Of a stretch of DNA of 64,000 nt, positions 11,047 through 24,330 are shown in pieces. How positions within the stretch are numbered: the first letter of the stretch is position 1; each line of letters opens with the position of its first letter. Made by a program: the position numbers and the translations under genes. The notes beneath the pieces are model-generated. The model searched no databases and was not told the origin of the DNA. It saw only the letters and a list, made by a program, of their open reading frames with translations. The DNA is from Entomortierella parvispora E1425. Taxonomy: Eukaryota > Fungi > Mortierellomycota. The DNA lies in the NCBI GenBank assembly GCA_020891255.1, contig BQFW01000007.1, positions 2,728,001 through 2,792,000 of the forward strand, written 5' to 3'.

Positions 11047-14000
11047 CTTGCGATTGCAGAAAGTCGTTGGATGAGCACTTGCTTCTTTTGGCGAGCAAAT
11101 CACGCAAACCCCGTCCCGCACTCTCTAGTCTGCTCTCCTCCAATCCCCACAGAATTTTTGTGCTCCTGCAAAATAAAAGATGGAGAAATAACAACAAAGC
11201 ACGGTCCGGTGGATGATGAACGGTCGGTCCGTTGAAATTCAGTCTCGAAGATCCAAACAAAAAAAAAAAAAATCTCCTTGGGCTTTTTTGGGTCCGCACC
11301 GACCGATCCGGCCCCTGTCCCTTTGCAATCCATTCGCACCCCTGCTTTGACAAGGAAAAAAGAAAAAAAATCGTTGGGGTAAAAAAAGACAAATGTATCT
11401 TTTTTCCGCCAAATCCAAGGGCGAGAAGGACGAAGTGCATTCAGCCTATTTCTTTTTTGCATTGCAGACTAAAAAAGATCTGCATGTTGTTGACAATGCT
11501 GATGGCCCATACAACCTGTCGAATACATCATGTGCCAAGTAAGGGTCCTGCTACGAAATTCCTTTCGCTCCTACCCTAGTTCTATTTTCGTGATGCACCC
11601 TGAGGAACAAAAGAACAGTAGTGCAAGGGGGAAATGCAATTGAGATTCGATCATTTCATTTTTTTTTTTGCAAGCCGACCGGGGACACCGCGCCGCGCGC
11701 GCGCGCTACTGCAAGGAGTAGGAAAAAAAAAATGAGCGCGTATTCGGACAAACTATTTGTTGGAGTCAACTGAAGGGTGGCAAACGAAGAAGCAAAAGAG
11801 TGTTTTTAGTGCCGATCTTGTGGCCAACTGTAGCTCGATTTTAGTAGGAAACAAACAGCAGGAGGGCCAAAGACTTGATGGGGACAGAACGGCTGTAGTC
11901 CAAAAAAGATGACGGAAGCGATTCAAAAAAGAATGGCGCAAAACAAGGGTGGATATGTCCATTACAAATTAGAACAAAAGGGAGAACCTTGCAGACACGG
12001 GTCTACAGCGGGTCACCGGGCCATTCAGTCAGCCCTTTGAAGATCGCGGCCCAAAGTGACGATGCGAACGAGAGCAAGAGAGAGAGTGAGCGAGAGAGAG
12101 AGAGCAGAAGAGAGCAGCAGAGTCAAGCTTTTTAGAAATCTAGCCTCCATCGCGCGCGGAGAATGAGAGATAAAAAAAAAGAGTTCAAGAACAGCGTGTG
12201 GGTTGCTGGAGCGACGGTGATTTTTATGAGCACCGTGGTTTCTGAACGAGGATAAAGGAGGGACAAGAAGAGGAAGCCAGACCAGTCTGTTTGATTGGTA
12301 TTGTAGTCAGACGTATTGCTACGCCGGATGTATATCCTCATTGCCTTCATTGTTGTTGATATTACGATCCACATGTGTTGCAATCATGAACGTTCGGTTA
12401 AGGGAGGCACAGGGGAGCCAGCCGAAGGCAATTTTAATATCCCTTTCGACTGCAAGGGCTTGTTTGCTCGTCGAATCAATCAGAGCATCCCCCACGGACT
12501 TTCTACTGGGAGAGAGGAGACGGAGAGGGAGACAAGGGCGCAGGAACACACTGTTGAGGAATGCATGAGCAAACGTGGGTTCCCGCTCACTTTATTGATA
12601 TTTGCTCTCGATTTTCCTTGCATGAAGTCACCGTTGTAGAGTTTGCAGCCCTCCTTCCGTTGTTTCTCCAAAACAGCACGGAAATGACGATAGCTGGGCA
12701 CCCAAGGGCAACAAAGTGCAAGGAGGAATGAGAAGCCGAGACAGATAGAGAGCTGCTCGGCGTAGCCAACAGATCAGATCAGAGCGGTGTTTTGTTGTCT
12801 TGGTCCATTTTGTTTCGGTCATATTGTTGTTTTGTATCCATGTGGAGAACCCTTGAACCACGTTTTCCATTCAACAACAATATCTTGGTGGAAAAAAAAT
12901 AAAGCAGCTGGGATTGGGTTCGGTCCCTCCCCTCCAATTCATTAGAGTGGTGGGAACGAGGGCCAAAAATGTGTGTCCTGCTAATAGGCCCAAGACAAAG
13001 GGCGAAGGGAGTGGGCAAAAGAGGGGTGGGCAAAGACTCCCGCGGAGTCGAGACTTTGGATTCGTCATTCGTCCCCAAGACCCAAAGGAGATTGGATTTC
13101 GCGATAGGGTTGGTTGTTAGGTCAAAGAGAACGAACGCAGGGACGGACCAAAGGAGAAAAGAATTCAAAAAAAAAAAAAAGCGCGATCTCGACCGTTCTT
13201 TCGAACCCCTGTCTCTCGTTCAATTGGAGGGCATCTGATCTTTTTGCACCCTGTCATTTTCTTCTTTTTGCGTCAACTGTTCTGATTGTCCTTTTTCGTT
13301 GTCCACCCCCGCCTTTTTTTGGGTCTGGTCTCTGTCGCGCTCACGATCTCGATCGTCGCCCACAACCTCAATGAACTGGTATCTGTAAAACAGTAAAATG
13401 ACCCGTGATTATCTTTTTTTTTTTTGAACTGTATGCAGCAGTCTAGTGGTCTTGTAGTCTGAAAGAACCCTTTCACTGACCGATGCTCTTGCTCTTTCTC
13501 TCTCCAAGTCGCCCTGTCTGCCCCGTCATGTCTGCAGCTGAACCTGCTCGACTACATACATACACAAGATCCGAAAAAAACAAAATTACGGCAAACTATA
13601 GTTTCCCTTCTCAACAACGCTAATGCAAAAAAGGATCCAAATGACATGTGTGTGTTTCTTTCTATGATAGCGGCAGCGGCAGGGCAAAGAAAATTTATGT
13701 GTGCCACAGTGCCAGACAGACATCCGATTGCACAACAACAACAAGTTTCCGCCGTTTCCACCTTCAATTTTTTTTTTGCATGCAAGGGCAGGCCGCGGTT
13801 GCTGTGTGTGCGCCTTTCCGCAACGCACGCTCTTCTCGGCTTTTGGTTCTCGAACAAGGTTGGACTAAGAAGACTGTTGCTGCTGCTGCTGCTGTTTGTT
13901 GATTCTTGCACTGTGTAGCCTGTGTTTTGTTTTGTAGAGCAGAAAAAAAAAAGGGAGGAGGTTGTGTGACCGAATAAAGGACCCTCTCTCTTCTTTCTCT

Positions 14001-14454
14001 TTCTCTCTCTTGAACTCGCCCAATCTTTTTTCTCGCCTCGGACAACTTCGCTGCTGCTCACTCATTGTCATGAGTGAATCAAGCGCGCAACGCAAAAAAA
14101 AAAAAAAAAAAAAAAAAAAGAATACAAACGCAAATGGAAAGGAAGGGGGCCGAGAAGGAAAATAATATTGAGGGTGCTACGGTGGAATAACTTGTGTGCA
14201 ACAATAATGATACCAAAAACCCATTAAATGACATCCCTCGTGCTTGCAGATGATGTGCTTTTTTCCTTTTTATTTCGGGTCCTTGCACCAAAATAAAAGA
14301 ATATGACCAGCTAGAGTACAATAATGTATCCACAATGGGATTCCAATTGAAAAAAAAAGAGAGAAAAAGGAGCGAGAGAAATATACAGTATGAGGGCGAG
14401 GTGTTGCTTCTTGGCATGGACCCAACGAAAAAAAAAAAAAAAGGTTTTTTTCTT

Positions 14455-17191
14455 CTAATCCGAGACGATATGGGTGAGGGCATGGGCCAAGATGCCATGT
14501 TTGGTATCATAGACCTTGGAGCATCCTTCCTCAAAGCAAGGGTATGGGGGCTTCGTCTTGAGCGTGTTGTGCATCCACACGTGGGCTTCCATCGCCGCTT
14601 CGTCCGGTAGAAGACATGGGCAACCCAAGAACGGGCATTGCTTCTATGAGGGTTTGCAGGAACAGGGCGGAGGTGGATTTGTTTGTAGCGCATGCAAATG
14701 AGAAAATAGAGCGGGAAACACGTTAGGACCAAAAAAAAAGGGATAATAGGAACCGTGTTGGTTGTGTAGAAGGGGATGTAAACAAAACCGCTTATAGTAT
14801 ACACATGTATTTCAATACAGTCATCATCGGCACCCTCGTCGTCCGAGTCGCCACACTATCACACCCTCGCGTTTTTGTGGAGAGAGGGAGAAAGGAGAAA
14901 GGAGAGCGCGAGCGACCAAAGAAGAGGGACGGGCCAATGTACGGAACCGAACTCTGAAAAAATTGAAAGTGGACAAATCCAACCAACCAACCAACAACAA
15001 CAAAAAAAAAAAAAAAAAATCAAAAAATCATTTTTACCTTGCGATACAGACAGGCGTGCTTGTAGGCTGACCGCTGGCACTCAAACTGTTCTTCACAAGA
15101 CTTGTAAGGACATTGGAACCGATGACCCGGGCCCAGATCTCGATGGATTCTGGCCTGATGATCTGTTAATTGCTTGCTGCCCGAATAGACCTTTCCACAG
15201 CCCTCGACCAGGCACAACCACTCGAACCCAAGCGATTGTTCCTCATGCAACTGCTTGTGTCGTTGAAGGGTCAAGGGGTTGGCCAGGACTGCATCGCAGC
15301 CTGCATAGTCGCATCGAAACTCGACGCCAATCAATCCCTTCTCATGATCAAGCACATGTCGACGGACATAGTCTGTACTGCCAAAGGTGGATTTGCATCC
15401 CTCGATCGGACACGGCAGACGTTCGCCCGATTTTACTTGTTTGCACCGCAACTCGTGTGCTCTTAGGCATCGGTTCGTCCCAAAGACCTTGCCACAACCC
15501 TCCACAGGGCACTGGAGTTGGATTCCGGCATCTCGCTCGGCATGGATCTGAAGATGGTCCTTGAGCGATTTGGGTGTGGCCAAGATCTTGTCGCATTCGG
15601 GCCAGGTACAGGGGTACTTGAGACCCACAAGGCCGCGGGCATGCTTCAGTTTGTGGCGAGACAGGTTCTCGGTCGATCCGTACGCAGCATCACAGCCGGG
15701 CTCGGGACACTTGTGCATCGTGCCTGCACGTTTTTGTTTGCACAGTCGGATATGGGCCGCTTGAGACTGTTTGGTCCGGAGACTCACGCGGCAGCCGGGC
15801 ATCGTGCAGAGGAAGCGCTCGCCTTGATCCGCATCCTTGTGGTCTCGGATATGGCGACGCAGCCCCTGGTGGGTCGAATACGATCGTTGACAGTCGCCAA
15901 TCTGACACTTGAACGGCAAGACCTCGTTGTTGTTCAAGAGAATACTCATGGCCATAGCGCTTGGCTGAGTGTTCTTGTTACCGTTCTCTGCAGGGGTGGG
16001 TTGACTGTTATGATTAGAGGGGTTGGGCGATTGTTCCGAAGAGTAGGTGGACAAGGGGGAAGAGACGGATCGAGAACGGGATCGAGGACTCCTTGATCGG
16101 GATGCCATCCGCTGGTCGACAGGAGAGCCGGGTCGTTTATGGTCGTTCTCCTGGACCTCGTCTTGTCTCTCCTCTGCAACCTCCATGGTGGTATCTTGTG
16201 GACTGGGAGCACGTTCATCCTGGACGTGCTCCTTGGTACCCATCCGACTCTCGGTGGCTGCCGCTGGTCCTGGCCGGGGGGCGATGATCACTCCATTGGA
16301 CGGAGAGGTCGTTGGCGTTGTCGCGGTATCGGCGCGCAGGCGTTTCAAGTCCCGTTCTGTCGGCACAACGATGGAGACGGGCTGAAGTTTGGGCGAGGGG
16401 GAAGAATAGTGCGAAACTGAAGAGGTTGGAGACGTGGATGAGAACGAGGGTGCGGGAGAAGAAGTAGGGGAAGAAGGCGCGGGATGATGATGGTGATGAT
16501 GATGGTGGTGCTGAGAAAAGGGTGCTGTTGTCGCTTTGGCCGTACCTGATCCGTTACTGTACAAGGCTTGTTGTGCATGGTGGTGGTGTTGGTGGTGGGA
16601 AGAAGGAGGAGGAGGATGACTGCGATCTGGTCCAAAGGAGGCCGGTCGAGGGGGAGGAAGGGGCGACGCTGCTGACGAAGCTGTCGGGAAATGTGGAGGC
16701 GAGTGGCGGGAGGAGGAGTTGGCAGGTGCGGGAGGATAGGACTCGCGCTCGCGGGTATAGAACGACTGCCGCTGCTGGTCATTTTGCTGCAATACCTGAT
16801 GCCGAGAGTATTGCTGTTGTTGTTGTGCAGGGTAATCGCGGTGGTATTGTTGTGGAGGGGATTGTGGGTTATGGGGGTGAGATGAAGGAGATTGTTGATA
16901 GGGGAGAGATTGATGCTGGCGTTGAGCAGAAGGGGGAGGCGAGTATTGGTATTGAGAAGGCGGAGAGTGGGGATGGGAGGGAGGAGGATAAGGATAAGAG
17001 TTGTCGCGGTGGTGCCGAGAGTGGGAGTCGTATGTGGAAGGGGGATGATGATGGTTGTGCGAGGACGACGGAGGTGGAGGAGGGAGAGAGTGCTTTGAAG
17101 GGTGAGGACGAGGACCTGTGGACAGGTAGTAGGTGGATGTGTGCTGCCCCTTGGAAGAGGACCGCGAGAAGGACATGGCGGTGGTGCTCAT
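14455..17191 (-). CDS. Multi-zinc-finger (C2H2/C2HC) putative transcription factor with a low-complexity P/S/Q/H-rich N-terminus; exons 17191..15038 and 14643..14455, with a possible small internal exon unresolved
   Basis: Nine Cx4C...Hx3-4H/C fingers in ORF 15020..17212. Phase-0 donor AAG|GTAAAA at 15037. A phase-0 exon after CTAAC...CATAG (14643..14455) encodes two more fingers (CPFLGC...HVWMH; CFEEGC...HALTH) and ends at TAG. Confidence 0.85.
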
Positions 17192-17730
17192 GGTGTGTGA
17201 GTGAGTAAGCAAGAGTAGAGGATATGAGATGAGATGAGATGTGATGTAAGGGAGGGAAGGAAGGAATCAAGTAATAATAATAAAAAAAAAAAAGAGGTGC
17301 GAACAAGAAAGAAGAAAGAAAGGAAGGAAGAAGAGGAGAGAGAGGAAAGAAAGAAGAAAGAGAGAAGAGAGAGAGAGAAGAGAAAAGAGAAAAGAGAAAG
17401 AATGCGAAAAAGGAGACACAAAAGAAGAGAGCAAAAGAGATTTGGGGTGGGGAGCACAAAATGAGGGCGAGCAATGCAAAGAGGAAACGGCAAACCTGTC
17501 GCACTGCTTGCACTACATACAGCTCTCTCTCGATGGCTGGACTCTTATTTTTTTTGTCTCTTCTCTTCTCTTCTCTTCTCTTTGTGCTTTGCTTGACGTT
17601 GCTATCGTGGCGGATTGTTACTGCCGATGCGTGTGTGTATCGTGTATCGGTGTCTGTTCTGTTGGTCTGCTTGCGTCAGAGGGGGAGGAGGAGGAGAAGA
17701 GGAGGGGGGGAGACTGCAGAAAGTGAGAAT

Positions 17731-17764
<34 letters not shown>

Positions 17765-18126
17765 GAGAAAGGGAGAAAGAAAAAGAGAGCGGGAAACAAA
17801 CAACACGCTAGAAAAGAATGCACACAGGCAGGCAGACAGACAGACAGGACAGGCAGGACAGGCAGACAGGCACAGGGACAGGATGCAAAAGGAGAAGCGA
17901 AGGAGGGGTCGAAAGGGAGAGAGACAGAGTGAAGGGGGCAGAGAGGGACAGACAGAGGAAAAAGAGGAAGAGGAGGCAACTGAACGACGAACGAACAAAA
18001 CGAGCGACGACAATCCAAAGGGGGTGGTGTTTATCTCTTTTTGTACAAGAACAAGAACGAGGAGAGGTCACTGGTTGTCAGATGTGGGATGTGTGGGATG
18101 TAATGTAATGGACAGATGGATAGACG

Positions 18127-18174
18127 GATGAATGAATGAATGGATGGATGGATGGATGGATGGATGGATGAATG
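18127..18174. repeat. (GATG/AATG)n microsatellite within an SSR-rich region upstream of the zinc-finger gene
   Basis: Tetranucleotide run read directly. The flanking 17.2-18.1 kb has GA-, CAGA- and GAGAT-type repeats. Confidence 0.9.
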
Positions 18175-21151
18175 ACCTCTTTGGACAGTGCGAATTGAAT
18201 GGGCATCCCAATGAATCACTACAACTGCAACTCTCGTAATATACACAAAAACAACAAAGAAAAGAAAAAAAGAAAAAAGGGCCCTGGAGAGAACAACACT
18301 CGGACAGGCACCCCAGACCAACCGAAGCAAAAGGGGCGCAATGCGACATGGACAAAGAGCGGGAAGAGTTACTGACTTTTGTTCGCGCCCTCTTTACCAT
18401 TTGGCCATGGAGAGTCGTCCTCCATGTCCTATCTATCCGCCTGCCTGTCCTGTCTGGGTCTGGTCTGCTCTTTCCCTGCATCCCGCCTGCATCGGTTGTC
18501 TGTTCCGCATCGTTGATTTCTGTCCTTCCCGGGCAGTTTGCATTCCAATCCTTCGGCGACTTCCTTCCCTCTTTCTCCCCCTCTCGCGAGGAGTGAACAG
18601 GCGCAGGTCGAGACCAAAGGTCGAGACTGCGACGCGATCGTCGATGGCGACGTGTGGCCAGAAAGCACCTCAATTGGTGTTGAAATAGATTATTGAGGAG
18701 CAGGATCCAATCCTATCTATTCATTTCATTCGCCACTCTTTTCTGACTATTCATCGCCAAAAGTTCAGCCCAATTGAACATTCAATTGCTATTCAATACG
18801 AGGTGCAGACCTTTTCTTAAAGCGGGAACCAAAAACAACATGTCTTTCTATCAACCTTCCTTCTATCCTCGGTTCCTCAAGGCTCAAAACCCGGCTGGCT
18901 CTGCTCACAGTCTGCTTTCAAAAGCGTGTCAAGGAACTCAAGGGCCCCCTATTGTTCAATGGAGATAATTTTGAACCTTTTTTCTTAGTGTCTTTCCTTG
19001 TCAATTTGTGACAAAAAGACGATCCCGCTCTAGGTTGGACAAGACTCGTGGCAACTCATCAACATGCATATAGAAAATAGAAAGCTCTCTCCGCCCTGCT
19101 TTGGACGCTGCAGCATGACGGTCAGAGGTGGGAATCCTCGAGAAACAAACACGCAGAGAAAGAATTCAAATTGGGGCAAAAAAAGAAAAAAAAAGAACTA
19201 GGGCGCGGGCCTGGAAGGTGTGTGTTTATTGTGCGTTTGATGGAGAAGAGGGGGCGAACATTCTGCTGTCAATCGCGCCATTTGGGGATTTGGGCCCAGG
19301 TCAAGGCAGGGGGGAGCGGAGGGACCTTTGAGTTGGGATCATTGGGTCACGATGATGAAAGATGGAGCGCAGTATATATCGTTTTTATTTGGGGAGGAAG
19401 GAGGACCCACGATCCAGCCCAGCCTTCAAAAGGATGTGTCAATCGTGGCACAAAAAAAAAAAGAAAGACAAGACGCGTTCTTCGTCATTCCTGAGCCACG
19501 CCGTGCTGCCTCATCTCGCCTTGACCTTTCCGCATCCCTGCCCCAAAACCTCAGTCTGGTGTTTAGCGCGCGGTTCTGCTATCGGTCCTGGAACGTAGCG
19601 CAAAAAAACAAACAAACAACATCCTCCGCATCAACATCGAAAAAGCTCTTTGGGAGCAAAAAAAACAAGAAAACTCGTGTTCTCGTGTTTACAGTAGACC
19701 ACCTAGTTGATAGTCAAGTCGACCCCAACGAACACGAAAGTCCAAGAGGTCTATGTGCTGTGTCTTGTCTGCGCGCCAAAAAAACAAAAAGACGAAATTG
19801 TTGTTCCTGCACATCCCCATTCTTTGTGCTCAGTGTGCGACAAAAGGGGTCAGACATTGATCATGGGCCATCCGATCTTCGCCCATCGTTGTTTGTGTTG
19901 ATTTGTTGTTTCTCTCTCTATCTCTCTTTGAACGGATAGGTGTTTGGAGGGAGGGAGGGCAAACGAGGGGCGGAGGAATTGACCGAACAAAGGAGTCGAA
20001 ATGGAGTCGCACACTCCTCGCCCTTCCTTTGTTGCTCACACTCTTTGCAGCCTCATTTTTTCCCTTTTTTTTTTTTTTTTCTTTCTTTTTTTGTTTTTGC
20101 CCCAGCATTCTTTCTCCTATTCTCGTTATGGAGGGTCATGGCGGGAATAGCCAAAACGTAAAACAATTGAGAGACAAACAACAATAGAAAGAGAAAAGAG
20201 AGGGGACAGGGAGGGGGATAGACGACCCGTGAGCTGGGGAGGAAAGAAAAAGCGGCATTCCATGCATGCATATTTGTCCACATCCTTTTCGTTGTTGTCA
20301 ATGGATCGCAGAACAGTTTGTGTGCTGTGGTGTGGCGCATTGCTAGCTCGGATTTTTTTTTTTTTTTTCTGGAGAAAGAAAATAAATAAATAAAACGTTC
20401 ACTCCCGCAGGAATGATGCCATGGGGCACCCCTCCTCTCCCCCTTCAAGTGTTTCTTTTGTGTAGATGGATTGGTCGCGCACCTTGCGTGTATTAATCAC
20501 CGAGATTCTTAATTGCTGACGAGATGACGAGATGTGAGCCAGGTCGCGACGGAGGTGGACGAAAGGGAAAGGGGAGAACGGAGAGAACCAAGGCAAGGGA
20601 AAGAGGGAGAGTAGTGCACACTATGGGCTGAGTTGAGGGAGGTGAAGCCAACCCACATGCACACTACCTCGTTTGCCTTGTCAGCAAAAAAGGCAAGGAC
20701 TTCAGGAGGGGTGAGGGACAGAAAAAATGATTTGCATTGCAGGCAGGAAAGTAAAGGGGAGCGAGTTCAGTACTGTACCCACTTCAAACGACCTCTGCAA
20801 GTAACGAGAACGTCCTCTTGTTACGTTCCCCCCCCCCCACCCCTCTCTTCCTTTCCTCTTTTCCCAGGTTCAGGGGCAAAGGAGGACCTTCACGATGTAC
20901 CTCCACAAGCACATGCGAACTGCAGTACTGCAAAAGGGAGGAAGAGAAAAGGCAGTTTTATACAAGAGATTGAGGTGCATGTCAATTTGACCAAAGATGG
21001 GGTTGTGCATTGTGTTGTCAAGGAGAAAGGAAGGGACGGTAGCGGTGGGATTGGTCCTGTCCTGCCAAGTCGTAAACTCCCGCAAGGCGTCGTTGAGAGA
21101 AGCCTGCAGGAACGTCCCAACGCGCTCCCTCCTTTTTTTTCCCTTTTTTCT

Positions 21152-21910
21152 TTACTTCTTCTTGAGGTCACCATAGACGGCAAAGTCTGCTTCGTTCACG
21201 CCGGCGGGTTCATGGGTCGGGACGTATGCAGGAGGGGGCAAATCTTCCTGCTGTCTCTGTGGTGGAGACTGAGGCTGTTGTTGACCCTGTTGTTGCTGCT
21301 GATGCTGTTGATGTTGTTGCAAAAGTTGCAGTTGTTGGACTTGGCGTTGCAACTCGACCGTTCGCTGGTGGGCCTCTTGCTGCGCCTGGTACTGTCGTTG
21401 CAATGCACCGGAGGCAATCTCTTCCAGGAGACGTTGACGGACTTGACTTTTGGACATGTGCATCTCCAGTCGTTCGGCTGCATACTCAACCCACTCCTTA
21501 ATCTCGGCATCTTCCTTGACAATGTTTGATACTGAGGGCGACGAATTGCAGGATGATCCCGAGGCTGAAGACCTGACCGAGTTGCTGCGATGAAGGTCAC
21601 CCATCCTGGCATGCTCTGCTTTGGCTAGGTTGGTGGCCTTGATATCCAGAATGACATTCTTGACAAGGTCCAAGACCAGTCGTGTATGCACCTCGCCAGC
21701 CTCTTGTTTGACAAGCTGATATTCTTCTTTGCTTTCCCTGTCAATTTTTTCTTTTCGGGCCTTGATCAGGGCCTTTTCACGGTCTGCCTCGGCCTCGGCT
21801 TCCTTTCGAATGAGGTTGTACTTCTTGTCGGCCTCTTTGACCTTTGTCTTGTAATCTTGCTCAATGGCCTTCACAGTGGCCTTGATACTCAGTTGCTTTG
21901 ATTTGTCCAT
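21152..21910 (-). CDS. Hypothetical protein, 252 aa, with N-terminal coiled coil, polyQ tract and a PPAY motif
   Basis: Single ATG-started ORF with coding-like composition; charged heptads KATVKAIEQDYKTKVKEADKK; no family recognised. Confidence 0.65.
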   Translation of the reverse strand: MDKSKQLSIKATVKAIEQDYKTKVKEADKKYNLIRKEAEAEADREKALIKARKEKIDRESKEEYQLVKQEAGEVHTRLVLDLVKNVILDIKATNLAKAEHARMGDLHRSNSVRSSASGSSCNSSPSVSNIVKEDAEIKEWVEYAAERLEMHMSKSQVRQRLLEEIASGALQRQYQAQQEAHQRTVELQRQVQQLQLLQQHQQHQQQQQGQQQPQSPPQRQQEDLPPPAYVPTHEPAGVNEADFAVYGDLKKK

Positions 21911-22611
21911 TATGATGAAGGGGTGATGCGTTGTTGGCTCAAAAGAGAAACGTGGGTGTGCTTCCTGTGTGTCGATCGCTGTGGGGGTGCTGTTGCTGGG
22001 AAATGAAAAAAAAAAGGCTTGGCGATGTCAAGAGTATTTAAGCGAAAAAGAAAAAGGCGCCCACCACTCCCTCTGTCTCTCTCTCTCTCTCTGACTCTTT
22101 GTCTTCACAAAACCTTCTTCCAAATTGAAATGCCAAGAGGCAAAAGCCTCTGTTCAGGTCCTTGAGCACTCCAATTGCTGTCAGGTGAACAGTTTGTCTC
22201 GTCTCTAGAAGACTGGGCTGTAGCTTTAGCGCAGTGGTGTATTTTAGTTACATAAGTAAGACAGCAGCACCGCCCAGATCCGAAGGACCAAAAAGGAAAG
22301 GTATATCCCAGCACCGCCACGATCTGCACAGTCGAAGGTTCCTTCAAGGTCGAAGAACACCTTTTTTTCTTCTTTTTTTTTCTTCTTTTTCTAGTGCATC
22401 ATTCTTTGATCCTGTGGTTAGACTACCAAGATACCAATTCCCACGCGATTATTGAGTTCCCTGTTCTCTTATCATCCCAAACTGGCCATCACCAATAACA
22501 GCTTCAATTGCTTGTGTTCATCAGACTGAGATTGCATGAAAAAAAAAGTGTATTTTTTTTGGGTGGTCGGTTGAACTTTGGGCCATTTCAAATGGCACTA
22601 CTGTACTGTAC

Positions 22612-23106
22612 CTATTTCCCTCCACTCGGCGTTTCCTTTTCTTTCGACTCACTAGCTCGACCCACGCTGCCCTTCCCTTCCGTCATTCCTTCGCCTTTTG
22701 CTTCCTCCTCCTCCTCGTCATCCAGTTCATCGCCATATATATCCGGGTGGAGCTTGAAGCATTCTTGCATAGCCTGAAACTTGTCCACACAGTCGATGCC
22801 CTTGGGCTCTGCCTCTGAAAAGACAAAGCATGAGAAGGCCGCTTTGAATGCCTCCCCGCATGGAGGCTGGGCCATGCCTCCGAGGCAAGGGCAATCCCAG
22901 TTGATTTCTCCAGTCTCGGGATCAAACGCAGCGGACCGACGGTTCTCCTCCTTGTCGTGGTCGTCGTAGCCTTCTTCAGAGATGCTGCCCCTAGAAGAGG
23001 ATGCCTGGGTGGAGGATGGAGAAGGTCGCGTGCTTTCTGAAGGTTCCACAAAGATAATGATGTCTTTGCCGTCCTGGTCGCTCAGCGTCTCGTATCCACG
23101 CACCAT
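22612..23106 (-). CDS. MIA40: Mitochondrial intermembrane-space oxidoreductase Mia40/CHCHD4, 164 aa
   Basis: [20 protein letters not shown] (CPC motif) followed by twin CX9C ([22 protein letters not shown]) and HPDIY. Confidence 0.95.
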   Translation of the reverse strand: MVRGYETLSDQDGKDIIIFVEPSESTRPSPSSTQASSSRGSISEEGYDDHDKEENRRSAAFDPETGEINWDCPCLGGMAQPPCGEAFKAAFSCFVFSEAEPKGIDCVDKFQAMQECFKLHPDIYGDELDDEEEEEAKGEGMTEGKGSVGRASESKEKETPSGGK

Positions 23107-23696
23107 GTGAAGTTGGTTTTCTTTTCGTGTTGCCTTCTTGAGTGGTCAGAGTTGTTGCTGGTCCAAGACTGGTATGTTCCGCGACGTGAAGCAATAGAGA
23201 GGAAAAGGAGGGGTAAGGAGGGATTCTCCCGAGGTACAGTAAACTGGAAAAGTGGCGACCGAGAAGGCACCTAAAGTGGTCGCAGGGAATATGAGGTTAG
23301 CATCCTCATTCCCCATGCCCTCATGGGTCCGTAGTTCCATTGTTTCCATGCTTTCATGTCCATGCTCAGGGCCATGTCCTGGTTCCTGCCTGTCATTACG
23401 GCTACGGACCTGGGTTTCTTGGGTGAATGGTCGCGTGCTAGTGAAGAGAGAAAGAAGGAGACTTGAACGTGACCCCACACTAACCGCCGTTGTTGTGACT
23501 GCACCGGTTTTTTTGTGCTGGTTGTTGGGGTGACGCGGGGGCCTGAGCCCCATGTATTGCCACCAATCCGTGAGAATGATATGTCTTTCTGTCAAGTCAA
23601 AGGAAGCTGGACATGAAGATTAAAAAAAGGTCTTCCTCTGTTTATTTGGAATGTAATATGGGATGGGAGGGATGCAGGTGTTGACGATCCTTTACT

Positions 23697-24299
23697 TTAT
23701 CGAACGACTTGCTGGTATTGGTGCTGTTGCTGCTGTGGTTGGTAATACGACTGCGCCTGCTGCTGTTGCTGCTGCTGCTGTTGTTGTTGGGCTGCCAAAT
23801 GCTTTCCACGCCAGTTGATAAACTTCTTGACCGTAAACTGTCGAATATTCGTAATCTGGGTCTCCAACACCAGCTTTCTCAGCAATGGCAATTCGTTCGA
23901 TGCTGGATGGAACGAGACCTGATCGTTCTTGTCGTCCGACAAGGGCTTCTTGTCCACATTAGAGACCGCAAAGGGAGGTCCGCCTGCCTGTCCTGACTCT
24001 GCCATTTGAATCAGTCGCTCGTATTCGATCCTGAAGGTATAGATGGAGACACCCTGTTCCTTCAAAGTCTTCAGGACATGGACTTTGAGGTCAATCACTT
24101 CCTGCTCGGATTGCGTGTCGACCTTGCAGATGATTGGCACCACATTGGCCTTCTCGGAGATAAGACGCATGTATTCCACGTCAATGGGTTTCAAGCGGTG
24201 AACAATCAAATAAAAGCAGACATCGATGAACTTGTGTGCTCCCACGCCTATTGCAAAAAACAAAAAGACGAGAGGTCAGGAATGTCATGACACGTACGA

Positions 24300-24330
<31 letters not shown>

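Noticed and set aside
11689-11705. (CG)n tracts here and near 61342-61353 as functional Z-DNA elements
   Set aside because: Short, and in a genome rich in simple repeats; there is no independent evidence.
15020-15037. ORF-track stop at 15020 as the true end of the zinc-finger gene
   Set aside because: A GTAAAA donor, poly-T intron sequence and a downstream in-phase two-finger exon indicate splicing.
14455-17191. Calling the zinc-finger protein TFIIIA
   Set aside because: It has eleven fingers, C2HC triplets, a long P/Q/H-rich N-terminus and no TGEKP-type linkers, so orthology cannot be supported without a search.
16522-18700. Many overlapping ORFs rich in F/L/S or R/E/K
   Set aside because: These are translations of GA/CT microsatellites and antisense shadows of the zinc-finger gene's low-complexity region.
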